A stretch of 46,496 nucleotides of DNA from Sandarakinorhabdus sp. (GTDB lineage: Bacteria > Pseudomonadota > Alphaproteobacteria > Sphingomonadales > Sphingomonadaceae). Shown here piece by piece: positions 17,911-26,999 of this stretch. How positions within the stretch are numbered: the stretch's first letter is position 1; every line of letters starts with the position of its first letter. The DNA lies in NCBI RefSeq assembly GCF_041689835.1, contig NZ_JBDNFM010000103.1, positions 1 through 46,496 of the forward strand. Direction: 5' to 3'. The notes beneath the pieces are model-generated. The model was not told the DNA's origin. It made no database searches and saw only the letters and a program-made list of their open reading frames with translations. A program made the position numbers and the translations under genes.

Positions 17911-18711
17911 ATGATCCGTTCATTCGCGCTTGCCGCAATCGTGGCCGCCACTGCCATCGCTGTGCCCGCCGTCGCCGCTGGCCCGATTGATAGCGCCATT
18001 GCCGGCGCGTGGCGCAGCGATGCCAACAAGGCTCGTGACCAGTATCGCCACCCGGCGCAAACCCTGAAGTTCCTGGGCGTGAAACCCGGCCAGACCGTGG
18101 TGGAAATCTCCCCGGCGGGCGGCTGGTACACCGAAATCCTGGCCCCGGCGATGCGCGGCAACGGCAAATATGTCGCCGGCCTCGCCAACCCGTTGGCATC
18201 GGTGAACGCCGCCAAAAGCGTCGAGGCGTTCAAGACCAAATATGCCGACAAGGCGATTTACGGCGACATCGGCATCGGCACGTTTGGCAAGGGCGTCGCC
18301 GATATCGTCGAACCGGGCAGCGCCGATGTCGTGCTCACCTTTCGCAACGTCCACAACTGGCACATGAACAGTTGGGATCAGGACGCGTTCAACGCCTTTT
18401 TCAAGGCATTGAAGCCGGGCGGCACGCTGGGCGTGGTCGAACACCGCCTGCCCGAAGCCCGCGCTGATGCCGACATGAAGACCAGCGGTTACATGAAAGT
18501 TTCGTATGTGAAGATGCTGGCTGAAAAGGCCGGCTTCAAGCTGGCTGCTTCGTCGGAGGTGAACGCCAATGCCAAGGACAAGGCCAATTATCCCAAGGGC
18601 GTGTGGACGCTGCCGCCGAACTATGCCGAAGGCGAAGCCGACAAGGCCAAATATGCCGCCATCGGCGAGAGTGACCGCATGACGTTGAAGTTTGTCAAAC
18701 CGAAGACGTGA
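17911..18711 (+). CDS. Exported class I SAM-dependent methyltransferase-like protein (COG4798-like)
   Basis: GGGGAG SD, signal peptide, 'RDQYRHP..TL.F', 'VVEISPAGGWYT', 'VLTFRNVHNW', 'LKPGG.LGVVEHR', 'IGESDRMTL'. Confidence 0.88.
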   Translation: MIRSFALAAIVAATAIAVPAVAAGPIDSAIAGAWRSDANKARDQYRHPAQTLKFLGVKPGQTVVEISPAGGWYTEILAPAMRGNGKYVAGLANPLASVNAAKSVEAFKTKYADKAIYGDIGIGTFGKGVADIVEPGSADVVLTFRNVHNWHMNSWDQDAFNAFFKALKPGGTLGVVEHRLPEARADADMKTSGYMKVSYVKMLAEKAGFKLAASSEVNANAKDKANYPKGVWTLPPNYAEGEADKAKYAAIGESDRMTLKFVKPKT

Positions 18712-18717
18712 GGTGAG

Positions 18718-18744
18718 CGTTGGCGGGGACGAACTCCGCCAACG
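18718..18744. terminator. Stem-loop between convergent genes
   Basis: cgttggcgggg-acgaa-ctccgccaacg forms an 11-bp stem (one G.U on + strand). No strong U tail. Confidence 0.4.
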
Positions 18745-18780
18745 AACCTTGCGGAGTGGCTTTGAGCAGCCGTTCGCGTT

Positions 18781-19647
18781 TTATTTGAACCGCCGTACCG
18801 CCGGCTCGGGCGCATCCGGCAGCCGCGCGATCACATCCGCCAGCGGCTCGGTCACAACGCGCATCCAGTACGCGTTGGCGTGGCACAAGCGGTCGTCGTC
18901 CAGCAGCAGGCCGACATGGCCGGGGAAAAACAGCAGATCACCGGCCTGTCGGGCGCCAAACGCCGCGGGCTCGCCGTCCTGCCGTTGCAGATCGGTGTCG
19001 CGGCGCAGCGTGATGTCCTCCGCCGCCAGCGCCTGTTGCACCAGCCCGGAACAATCGACGCCGTCGGGGCTGCGGCCGCCCCACAGATAGGGCGCATCGG
19101 CAAACAGCGCAGCGGCGGCAAAGCGCGTGGTGGGCGCCAGTTCGACATGGCGCTGATGCACGAAGCCGCCGCCATGGAGCGTGAGGAAATCGCCCGCCAT
19201 TTCACCCGCCACGCGCGCCGCAAACGGCAATTCGTGATGCACCGCGGCCTTGATGCTGGCCGCAGCGAACACCGGCGCCCGCCGCGCGGTGATGCGGTGG
19301 GCAGGCTCAGCGCTCGGGACGGCTCCAGGCAAAGCTCCGGGCAGCGCCAGCGCATCGAACGCCGCCCAGCCGATATAGCGATCGTGCAGGCAGCGGCCCA
19401 GCGCAAAACCCGCCTTTACATCGACGATTTCAAAACCTTCGCCAAACAACAATTCGCTCACTGCCTCGGCGGCGGCATCGGGGCCCTTGTGCAGCGTCAG
19501 GCGCGGCGCGGTGCACACCAGCGCGCGCGGTTCGACATAGCGCACCGAACCGATCTCGCCGGCCAGCCCCAGTTCCACCATGTCCGGCCCGGAAAACCAC
19601 TCGCGTGGTTCAAACTGCTGCGCTGGTCCCTTCAGCACCCAGCTCAT
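18781..19647 (-). CDS. NlpC/P60 (C40) peptidase with N-terminal SH3-like domain
   Basis: 'ELLFGE.F', 'PYLWGGRS..GVDCSGLVQ', 'GDLLFFPGHVG', 'HAN'. ATGA overlap with the upstream aminopeptidase. Confidence 0.92.
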   Translation of the reverse strand: MSWVLKGPAQQFEPREWFSGPDMVELGLAGEIGSVRYVEPRALVCTAPRLTLHKGPDAAAEAVSELLFGEGFEIVDVKAGFALGRCLHDRYIGWAAFDALALPGALPGAVPSAEPAHRITARRAPVFAAASIKAAVHHELPFAARVAGEMAGDFLTLHGGGFVHQRHVELAPTTRFAAAALFADAPYLWGGRSPDGVDCSGLVQQALAAEDITLRRDTDLQRQDGEPAAFGARQAGDLLFFPGHVGLLLDDDRLCHANAYWMRVVTEPLADVIARLPDAPEPAVRRFK

Positions 19648-21053
19648 CCGTAACGGCTCCGCAGCAGCGCCCAGCTTGCGCGCAAGCCCAGCGCTTCGCC
19701 GCCCTTGGGGCGGCCGGGGCGGGCGGCGTTGTTCCAGGCAAAGGTGTCGAAATGCGCCCAGGGTGTGCCGGTGGGCACGAATTTTTCGAGGAACAGCGCC
19801 GCCGTGATGGCGCCGGCAAAGCCGCCATCGGCACTGTTCACCATGTCGGCCAGGCTTGATTTCAGCATGTCGTGATAGGGCGCCCACAGCGGCAGCCGCC
19901 ACAGCGGATCACCCACAGCCATGCCGGCGGCCGTCAATTCGCTGGCCAGTGCATCGTCATTGGCAAACAGCGCCGGCAATTGCGGCCCCAGCGCCACCCG
20001 CGCTGCGCCGGTGAGTGTGGCGAAATCGATGATCAGCGCCGGGTTCTTCTCGGCCGCCAGCGCGATGGCATCGCACAGCACCAGGCGGCCTTCGGCATCG
20101 GTGTTGGTGATTTCCACCGTCTTGCCGGCGCGCGTTGCAATGATGTCGCCGGGGCGCATGGCATTGGCACTGATGGCGTTTTCCGCCGCCGGGATGATCA
20201 GGTGCAGCCGCACCCGCAAGTTCGCTTCGATCACCAGCCGCGCCAGCGCCAGCGCGTGGGCAGCGCCGCCCATGTCCTTCTTCATCAGCGCCATGCCGCT
20301 GCCGGGCTTGATGTTGAGCCCGCCAGAATCGAAGGTGATGCCCTTGCCGATGATCGCCACCACCGGGTGCGCGGCATCGCCCCACATCGCCTCGATCAGG
20401 CGCGGGGCCTGGTGTGCGGCACGGCCGACGGCGTGAACGGCGGGAAAATTCTTCTCCAGCAGCGCTTCACCGCTGGTCACCTGCACATCGGCCCCCAGCG
20501 GGCGCAGCGTGTCGATCACCACCTGCGCCAGATCGGCGGGCCCCAGATCGCAGGCCGGTGTGTCGATCAGATCACGCACCAGCGCCGTGGCCCGGGCTTC
20601 GCTGACGGCAGCAGACAGCGCGCCAAGGCTTGCGGTGGCCAGCACGCGCGCAGCCTTGGGTTCGCCGCGGCGATAGCGGCTGAACACGTGCTGGGCCAGG
20701 CACCAGCCCAGCCCCGCTTGGCCCAGCCCCGCTTGGCCCATCTCGCCATGGTGTTCGTCGCCGGCCAATGCATAACGCCCGGCCGGCAGGCGCGCCGCTG
20801 CCGCTGCCAGCGCCCACGGGCCCAACTGCGGCGCTTGTGCCACGCCGGCCGCCACAAACCAATCCGCCGGGCCATCGCCGTGCAGGATGGCCACACTGTC
20901 GGCCGCCGCCTTGAAGTCTTGCGCCGCCACCGCCACCCGCACCCGCTCGCTTTGTGCCGCCAGCCAGCCGTCCAGCCCGGCCGCCGTGATCGTGATCAAG
21001 GGCACCGAAGGCTGGCCATCGGCGGGGCCGAGCAGCGCGGCAAAATCGGTCAA
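19644..21053 (-). CDS. Leucyl aminopeptidase (M17)
   Basis: '[13 protein letters not shown]', 'MKKDMGGAA', 'NTDAEGRL', 'ATLTGA'. TTG start at 21053 overlaps the rimO stop (TTGA), with GGAG SD. Confidence 0.95.
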   Translation of the reverse strand: MTDFAALLGPADGQPSVPLITITAAGLDGWLAAQSERVRVAVAAQDFKAAADSVAILHGDGPADWFVAAGVAQAPQLGPWALAAAAARLPAGRYALAGDEHHGEMGQAGLGQAGLGWCLAQHVFSRYRRGEPKAARVLATASLGALSAAVSEARATALVRDLIDTPACDLGPADLAQVVIDTLRPLGADVQVTSGEALLEKNFPAVHAVGRAAHQAPRLIEAMWGDAAHPVVAIIGKGITFDSGGLNIKPGSGMALMKKDMGGAAHALALARLVIEANLRVRLHLIIPAAENAISANAMRPGDIIATRAGKTVEITNTDAEGRLVLCDAIALAAEKNPALIIDFATLTGAARVALGPQLPALFANDDALASELTAAGMAVGDPLWRLPLWAPYHDMLKSSLADMVNSADGGFAGAITAALFLEKFVPTGTPWAHFDTFAWNNAARPGRPKGGEALGLRASWALLRSRYG

Positions 21054-22378
21054 ATCATTACTCCGAACAGGTCGGTCTCGTCGGCATCCTCGATCAGGAC
21101 GCTGACGATGTCGCCCGGCTGCACACCGCTGCAATCGCGCAGATGCACCATGCCGTCGATCTCGGGCGCGTCATATTTGCTCCGCCCCGAAGCTCCGCCT
21201 TCTTCGTCCACTTCGTCGATCAGCACGTCGATGGTGCGGCCGATCCTTGCTTGCAGCCGGCTTTCCGAAATGCGCGATTGCAGCGCCATGAAGCGGTGCC
21301 AGCGTTCTTCCTTCACGTCTTCCGGCACCGCACCCGGCAGCGCGTTGGCCTGCGCACCGTCCACCGCTTCATATTTGAAGCAGCCGGCGCGGTCGATTTG
21401 CGCCTGTTCCAGCCAATCCAGCAGATACTGGAAATCCGCCTCCGTCTCGCCGGGGAAGCCGACGATGAAGGTGGAACGGATGGCGAGATCGGGCACGATG
21501 CTGCGCCATTTGTGGATGCGTTCCAGCACCTTGGCCTCGTTGGCCGGGCGCTTCATGGCTTTGAGCACCGATGGGCTGGCATGCTGGAACGGGATATCGA
21601 GATAGGGCAGCACGAGGCCTTGCGCCATTAACGGGATCAGGTCGTCCACGTGCGGATAGGGATACACGTAATGCAGCCGCACCCACGCACCGGTTTCGCC
21701 CAGCGCGCGCGCCAGATCCTGGATATGCGCGCGGCGCTCGGTGCCGCCCAGCGTCGAGGTCGCATGGCGCAGGTCCACGCCGTAAGCCGACGTGTCCTGG
21801 CTGATGACCAGCAATTCCTTGGCGCCGGCTTTCACCAGGGCAACCGCTTCGCGCAGGATTGCCGCCGGCGGCCGGCTGACGAGCCGCCCGCGCAAACTGG
21901 GGATGATGCAGAAGGCGCAGGTGTGATTGCAGCCTTCGGAAATCTTCACATACGCATAATGGCGCGGTGTCAGTTTCAGCCCGGCATCGGGCACCAGATC
22001 GACGAAGGCCGATCGCACGGGCGGCGCGGCCTCGTGCACCGCGCTCACCACCGCTTCATATTGCTGCGGGCCAGTCACGGCGAGCACGGCGGGGAAGCGC
22101 GCGCGAATGGCGTCCGCCTCGTGGCCCATGCAGCCCGTCACGATCACCCTGCCGTTTTCGGCGATGGCTTCACCGATGGCTTCCAGGCTTTCGGCCTTGG
22201 CGCTGTCGAGAAAACCGCAGGTGTTGACGATCACCACGTCGGCGCCGGCATAATCGCCCGACAGCGCATAACCATCGGCGCGCAACCGGGTAAGGATGCG
22301 TTCGGAATCGACCAGCGCCTTGGGGCAACCCAGGGACACCATCCCGATCTTTGGTGCAGTATCTAGGCTGAGGCTCAT
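21050..22378 (-). CDS. rimO: Ribosomal protein S12 methylthiotransferase
   Basis: '[12 protein letters not shown]', 'NTCGF', radical SAM CxxxCxxC (CNHTCAFC), C-terminal TRAM 'DAPEIDG'. Confidence 0.97.
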   Translation of the reverse strand: MSLSLDTAPKIGMVSLGCPKALVDSERILTRLRADGYALSGDYAGADVVIVNTCGFLDSAKAESLEAIGEAIAENGRVIVTGCMGHEADAIRARFPAVLAVTGPQQYEAVVSAVHEAAPPVRSAFVDLVPDAGLKLTPRHYAYVKISEGCNHTCAFCIIPSLRGRLVSRPPAAILREAVALVKAGAKELLVISQDTSAYGVDLRHATSTLGGTERRAHIQDLARALGETGAWVRLHYVYPYPHVDDLIPLMAQGLVLPYLDIPFQHASPSVLKAMKRPANEAKVLERIHKWRSIVPDLAIRSTFIVGFPGETEADFQYLLDWLEQAQIDRAGCFKYEAVDGAQANALPGAVPEDVKEERWHRFMALQSRISESRLQARIGRTIDVLIDEVDEEGGASGRSKYDAPEIDGMVHLRDCSGVQPGDIVSVLIEDADETDLFGVMI

Positions 22379-22433
22379 GGCGCTGCGCCGTGCGTTGTTT
22401 TGCGCCAAGATGCAAGACCTCCAGTCAATCCAC

Positions 22434-22495
22434 CGCCCGCCAACAGGCGTCATCAACTAACGCCCGCCAACGGGCGTCATCAACTAACGCCCGCC
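22434..22495. repeat. 27-bp tandem repeat (2 copies + 8 bp), each copy with a hairpin
   Basis: cgcccgccaacaggcgtcatcaactaa / cgcccgccaacgggcgtcatcaactaa / cgcccgcc. Spans the M23 gene stop. Confidence 0.92.
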
Positions 22496-23470
22496 GATCA
22501 CCTTGGCCGGATCCACCGGCGTGCGCCCGCGCCGCAGTTCGAAATGCAACTGGGGTTCGGCTACCGCGCCCGATTGACCAGCGCGGGCGATCGCCTCGCC
22601 GGCCTTCACGCGGCTCCCTCGCGCCACCAGTAGCGCTTCATTGTGGGCATAGGCCGAAACCCAGCCGCCGGCATGTTTCACCAGCAGCAGGTTGCCAAAG
22701 CCGGCAATCGCATCGCCGGCATAGGCCACAACGCCATCACCGGCGGCGCGCACGGCCTCGCCATTGCTGGCCTTCAGATTGACGCCGTCGTTGAAGCGGC
22801 CGCCGGGTTTGGCGCCAAAGCCTGAAATGATCCGGCCTGGCAGCGGCCAGCGGAAGGCAGGTGCGTCGCCGGTGATGGTGGGCAGCGCTGCCGGCGGGGC
22901 ATTGGCGGCAGCGCCCCTGGTAACCCGGCCCGCAGCGGGCTGGCCGCCGGTCATCACGTCGTCGATGGACAGATCGAAGGCGCGGGCGCGCTGTTCCAGC
23001 GTTCGTGCCGGCACCCCCGACACCCCCAACACCCCTGGCAGGCGCAGGCGCGGACCCACGGCGAGCACGAAGGGTTCGCGCAGCTGGTTGAGCGCAATCA
23101 GATCGCGCCACACCAAACCGTACGCGCGGGCGATGGCGATGCCGGTCTCGCCGGCCTTCACCGCGTGAAAGCGCCCTTGCGGCGTGACCATAGCTGCCGG
23201 CACCACCCGCCGCGCCACCCAATCCGTGCGCGGCGATACCGCCGGGCGCGGCGGTCGTGGTGCGGCGCGCGCGGCGACCGGGTTGGCCGTAGCGGGCTTG
23301 GGCGCAGTGCGGGGCGCAGTGCGGGGTATTGGGCGGGGTGTTGGGCGGGCTGCAGTGCGTGCTGTTGGGCGCCCCGCGGGTTGCGGCCGGCCGGACATGC
23401 AGCCAGACAGCAGCACAAGCGCCGCCATTGCACCCGCGCCTGCCCGCAGCATCATCTTCAGCCTTGCCAT
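22484..23470 (-). CDS. LysM + M23/LytM lipoprotein (NlpD/DipM-like, degenerate active site)
   Basis: Lipobox LSGC, Pro/Arg linker, LysM 'HAVKAGET..AIARAYG', M23 'F.WP..G', 'NDGVN', 'SAYAHN', 'PQLHFELR'. Follows surE. Confidence 0.9.
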   Translation of the reverse strand: MARLKMMLRAGAGAMAALVLLSGCMSGRPQPAGRPTARTAARPTPRPIPRTAPRTAPKPATANPVAARAAPRPPRPAVSPRTDWVARRVVPAAMVTPQGRFHAVKAGETGIAIARAYGLVWRDLIALNQLREPFVLAVGPRLRLPGVLGVSGVPARTLEQRARAFDLSIDDVMTGGQPAAGRVTRGAAANAPPAALPTITGDAPAFRWPLPGRIISGFGAKPGGRFNDGVNLKASNGEAVRAAGDGVVAYAGDAIAGFGNLLLVKHAGGWVSAYAHNEALLVARGSRVKAGEAIARAGQSGAVAEPQLHFELRRGRTPVDPAKVIGGR

Positions 23471-23517
23471 CGCGCCTTGATAGCGGCGGCGTGGCGGCAA
23501 GGAAAGCGAAGGCCGCC

Positions 23518-23552
23518 GCGGCGGCGGGGCAATCCGTCGCCGCTTTTCGTTT
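23518..23552 (+). terminator. Intrinsic terminator-like hairpin on the + strand (antisense to flanking genes)
   Basis: GCGGCGGCGGG-GCAA-TCCGTCGCCGC then TTTTCGTTT. Two G.U pairs are valid only on the + strand. Confidence 0.5.
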
Positions 23553-24328
23553 CAGGATTCGGCCAGATCGGCCAGCGCCGTCTTCAACCGGGCGATCGAC
23601 TGGTAATGCGTCATGTCCAGATGCAGCGGCGTCACCGAAATGCAGGCTTCGTGCATCGCCTTCAGATCGGTTTCGTGGCCGGGAGCCGGCTTTTCCTTGC
23701 CGAAACCGTGCCAATAATACGGAAAACCGCGCGGATCGATGCGCTTGACCAGGTGGATGTTGCCATAATCGCGGAAGCCCTGCTCGGTAACCCGCACGCC
23801 CTTCACGGTATCGGCCAGCACCGGCGGGAAGTTGATGTTGATCAGCACGCCATCGCCCCATTCCGACGCGATCACCCGGCTGATGATCGCGGCACCGTGC
23901 GCGGCGGCGCAGGAGAAATCCTCCATCCCGGCGGTGTAATCCATCATCACCTGGCTCAGCGCGATGGAACGGATGCCGGCAAGGCAGCCTTCCATCGCGG
24001 CCGAAACCGTGCCCGAATAGGTCACATCCTCGGCCAGATTGCCGCCGCGGTTGACGCCCGACAAGATCAGATCAGGCTTGTGATCTTCCAGCACCGCCCC
24101 CAGCGCCAGCATCACGCAATCGGTGGGCGTGCCCTTCACCGCAAATCGGCGCGGGCTGATTTCGCGCAAGCGCACCGGCTGGCTCAGGGTCAGGCTGTGG
24201 CCGGCGCCTGATTGTTCCTCGGCCGGCGCAACCACCCAGACATCGTCCGACAATTGCGCGGCAATGGCTTCCATCGCCACCAGGCCGGGGGCGTTGATGC
24301 CGTCATCATTGGTCACGAGTATGCGCAT
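23552..24328 (-). CDS. surE: 5'/3'-nucleotidase SurE
   Basis: 'MRILVTNDDGI.APG', 'QSG', 'GTPTDCV', 'SGVNRG.N', 'YSGTV.AA.EG'. Confidence 0.97.
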   Translation of the reverse strand: MRILVTNDDGINAPGLVAMEAIAAQLSDDVWVVAPAEEQSGAGHSLTLSQPVRLREISPRRFAVKGTPTDCVMLALGAVLEDHKPDLILSGVNRGGNLAEDVTYSGTVSAAMEGCLAGIRSIALSQVMMDYTAGMEDFSCAAAHGAAIISRVIASEWGDGVLININFPPVLADTVKGVRVTEQGFRDYGNIHLVKRIDPRGFPYYWHGFGKEKPAPGHETDLKAMHEACISVTPLHLDMTHYQSIARLKTALADLAES

Positions 24329-24332
24329 GGGA

Positions 24333-25610
24333 TCAGGGCTCCAGCCGGTCGATACCGGCCATGTAGGGCAGCAGCACATCGGGGATGATGACACTGCCAT
24401 CGGCTTGTTGATAATTTTCGATCACTGCCACCAGCGTGCGGCCCACGGCGAGGCCGGAACCATTGAGCGTGTTTACCGGGCCACGTGAACCCTTCTCGCC
24501 TGCCACTTTCCAGCGCGCGTTCATGCGGCGGCCCTGAAACTCGCCGCAATCCGATATCGAGCTGATTTCGCGGTAGGCGCCTTGGCCTGGCAACCACACT
24601 TCAAGATCGAACGAACGCCGCGCCGCAAAGCCCATGTCGCCGGCACACAGCAGCATCCGGCGATACGGCAGGTTAAGCGCCTGCAAGATGGCCTCAGCCG
24701 ATTCCAGCATGTGCGCATGCTCGGCCTGCGCCTGATCGGGCGTGCAGATCGTCACCAGTTCGCATTTTTCGAACTGGTGCTGACGAATCAGCCCGCGCGT
24801 GTCGCGCCCGGCGCTGCCGGCTTCGCTGCGGAAACAGGGGGTGAGCGCGGTCATGCGGATCGGCAGCACGCCAGCATCGATGATCTCGCCGGCCACCAGA
24901 TTGGTCAGGCTCATTTCGGCGGTGGGGATGAGGTAGCGGCCGTCGGTGGTCTGGAACAGATCTTCGGCAAATTTCGGCAATTGTCCGGTGCCGAAAGCAG
25001 CTTCGGGCTTCACCAGATACGGCGCGGCGACTTCGGTGAATCCGCCAACGCTGGTCTGCACGTCGATCATGTACTGGCCCAGCGCCCGCTGCAGCCGCGC
25101 CAGTGGCCCGCGCAGCACGGCAAAGCGCGCGCCGGCGACGCGGGCGGCGGCTTCGGGATCATAGCCCAGCTTCGCCGCGACAATGTCATGCTCCAGCGGC
25201 ACAAAGTCGAAATCGCGCCGTGTGCCCCATCGCAGCACTTCGACATTGCCGCGCTCGTCCGCGCCGTCGGGCACATCGGTGGCGGGCAGGTTGGGCAGGC
25301 TCGCCAGCAAGGCTTCGGCAGCGGCGCTGGTAGTGCGGGCAGCTTCCTCCAGCGCGGCGATCTCGTCTTTCAGGCCAGCGACTTCGGTTTTCAGTGCGTC
25401 GGCTTTGGCGCTGTCCTTCGCGGCCATGGCAGCGCCGATTTCTTTCGATGCGGCGTTGCGGCGAGCAAGGGCCTCCTGTGCCTTTGTCTCGGCGGCGCGG
25501 CGTGCCGCATCGGCGGCAAGCAAACCCGAAGCCGCATCACTCACGCCGCGTCGGGCAAGGCCGGCGGCAAAGGCAGCAGGTTCGGCGCGGAGATATTTCA
25601 GATCATGCAT
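24333..25610 (-). CDS. serS: Serine--tRNA ligase
   Basis: N-terminal coiled coil, 'LPN', 'GTGQLPKF', 'LIPTAE', 'FRSEAG', 'RQHQF.K.E', 'EISS', 'TLNGSGLAVGR'. Confidence 0.98.
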   Translation of the reverse strand: MHDLKYLRAEPAAFAAGLARRGVSDAASGLLAADAARRAAETKAQEALARRNAASKEIGAAMAAKDSAKADALKTEVAGLKDEIAALEEAARTTSAAAEALLASLPNLPATDVPDGADERGNVEVLRWGTRRDFDFVPLEHDIVAAKLGYDPEAAARVAGARFAVLRGPLARLQRALGQYMIDVQTSVGGFTEVAAPYLVKPEAAFGTGQLPKFAEDLFQTTDGRYLIPTAEMSLTNLVAGEIIDAGVLPIRMTALTPCFRSEAGSAGRDTRGLIRQHQFEKCELVTICTPDQAQAEHAHMLESAEAILQALNLPYRRMLLCAGDMGFAARRSFDLEVWLPGQGAYREISSISDCGEFQGRRMNARWKVAGEKGSRGPVNTLNGSGLAVGRTLVAVIENYQQADGSVIIPDVLLPYMAGIDRLEP

Positions 25611-25718
25611 GGCACGCCAGCCTTTGCCCTGATGCCGCCGTGCTCGCAAGCATTCGGCGTGAGCGCCGCCCGCAAGCGCCCCCTTTCCCCGCCGCGCCTG
25701 CCTGTCTATGGTGCAAAT

Positions 25719-26378
25719 GTGATCGTTTCCTGCCCCAATTGCAGTGCACAATATCGGGTGGCGGTGGGCGTGGTGATGCGCCGCCCCAGGCTGAAGTGCG
25801 GCACCTGCAGCCACCGCTGGGTGCCCGCCGAAGAGATTGACGAGGATGAAGCGGTTGCTGCCGTGCAGGAAGAGGCGCGCGCCGCCAGCCTGCCGCCGCC
25901 GCCCCTGCCTGCACCGGCGCCGGCGCCAGATCCCGAACCTGAACCACCGCCGCCGCGCCGGCCCACCGCCGCCTGGGCAAAATGGCTGGTGGCGGCCGTG
26001 CTGGGCGCGGCGCTCACCACGGCATCGGTTGGCTTGTGGGTGGGCCGCGTCGATCCCGAAGCGCTGCCCGAAGCGCTGTCCCGCCTCGCGCCCGCAACGC
26101 ATCGGCCTGATGTGAAAGCAGAAAGCCGCGTGACGCGCCTGCCCGGCGGCGGCGCGCTGCTGGAAGTGACTGGCACCATCCACAACCCCGGCGCCGCTGC
26201 CGTGACCGTCCCGCCGCTCCGCGCCCGCCTGCTCGTGGCCGGCGAACGGGCGGGCGATTGGACCATCCCGCCGCCCGCGACCACTGTGGGCCCCGGCAAA
26301 ACGCTGGCCTTTGCCAGCAGCCTTACCGATGTGCCGCCCGGCGGGCCAATCACGGTTCAGGTGCGTTTCGGGGGGTAG
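25719..26378 (+). CDS. MJ0042-type zinc-ribbon, TM and DUF3426-like protein (ZitP-like architecture)
   Basis: GTG start, 'IVSCPNC...Y' and 'KCGTCSHRW', Pro-rich linker, one TM, Ig-like C-terminus 'L.V.G.I.N...VPPLR'. Confidence 0.8.
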   Translation: MIVSCPNCSAQYRVAVGVVMRRPRLKCGTCSHRWVPAEEIDEDEAVAAVQEEARAASLPPPPLPAPAPAPDPEPEPPPPRRPTAAWAKWLVAAVLGAALTTASVGLWVGRVDPEALPEALSRLAPATHRPDVKAESRVTRLPGGGALLEVTGTIHNPGAAAVTVPPLRARLLVAGERAGDWTIPPPATTVGPGKTLAFASSLTDVPPGGPITVQVRFGG

Positions 26379-26438
26379 GACGGGGAGGCGGCGCGGCCGG
26401 CGGTCGAAGTACCCGTCAACTGCGCAAGTGTCCCGCCG

Positions 26439-26984
26439 TCAAATCCCTCGCTTCGGTGCAGCGAAGACCCGGCGGATTTCGGGCTCGAAACTCTCAAGCG
26501 TGTCCACATCGTAATCCGGATCGAACGCCGGTGCGTCCCAGCGGTCGACGATCTTTTCGGCCATATCGAACCACGGCTCCCCGCGATATTTCTCACGCGC
26601 GGCCGGGTCCTTGCCCAGATGCTCGTAATAATAACGGCCCTGGAAATCCTGATGGTGGACGATGGCGTGATAAATCTCGTCCGACACATAGGGTTTTAGC
26701 ATCTCACCGGCGATGGCGCCGTGATTGGGGATGCTGAACAATTTGCCGATGTCGTGACACAGCGCGGCCACCACTTCTTCATCATTGGCCCCGTCGCGGC
26801 GGGCCAGCGTGGCGGTCATCAGGCTGTGGACGAGCTGGTTGGCGCCGAAGCCGACCTCGATGGCCTCCAGCCGCCTGAGCGAATCGATGATCTGATCGGC
26901 GGCGGCAGATTGCTGGTGCTTCATGTGCGCACCAGCAATGTGCATCCAATCGGCCTTGGTGCCTTCCAGCATGGTCGTGAACAT
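26439..26984 (-). CDS. HD-domain protein, PhnZ/TmpB-like (COG4341)
   Basis: 'HSL..AT.A..DGA', 'ALCHDIG', 'NH', 'HH.DFQ..YY', 'RWD..AFDPDY'. GGGAG SD. Confidence 0.85.
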   Translation of the reverse strand: MFTTMLEGTKADWMHIAGAHMKHQQSAAADQIIDSLRRLEAIEVGFGANQLVHSLMTATLARRDGANDEEVVAALCHDIGKLFSIPNHGAIAGEMLKPYVSDEIYHAIVHHQDFQGRYYYEHLGKDPAAREKYRGEPWFDMAEKIVDRWDAPAFDPDYDVDTLESFEPEIRRVFAAPKRGI

Positions 26985-26999
26985 TGGTCGTCTCCCGGT

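Noticed and set aside
22484-22900. Degenerate M23 zinc motif as a novelty
   Set aside because: Loss of HxxxD/HxH is the established state of NlpD/DipM-type amidase activators.
24333-26378. Apparent 616-aa SerS and 598-aa zinc-finger protein with long overlapping N-extensions
   Set aside because: These are longest-ORF artefacts. The family N-termini begin at 25610 (MHD...) and 25719 (MIVSCPNC), leaving a normal divergent gap.
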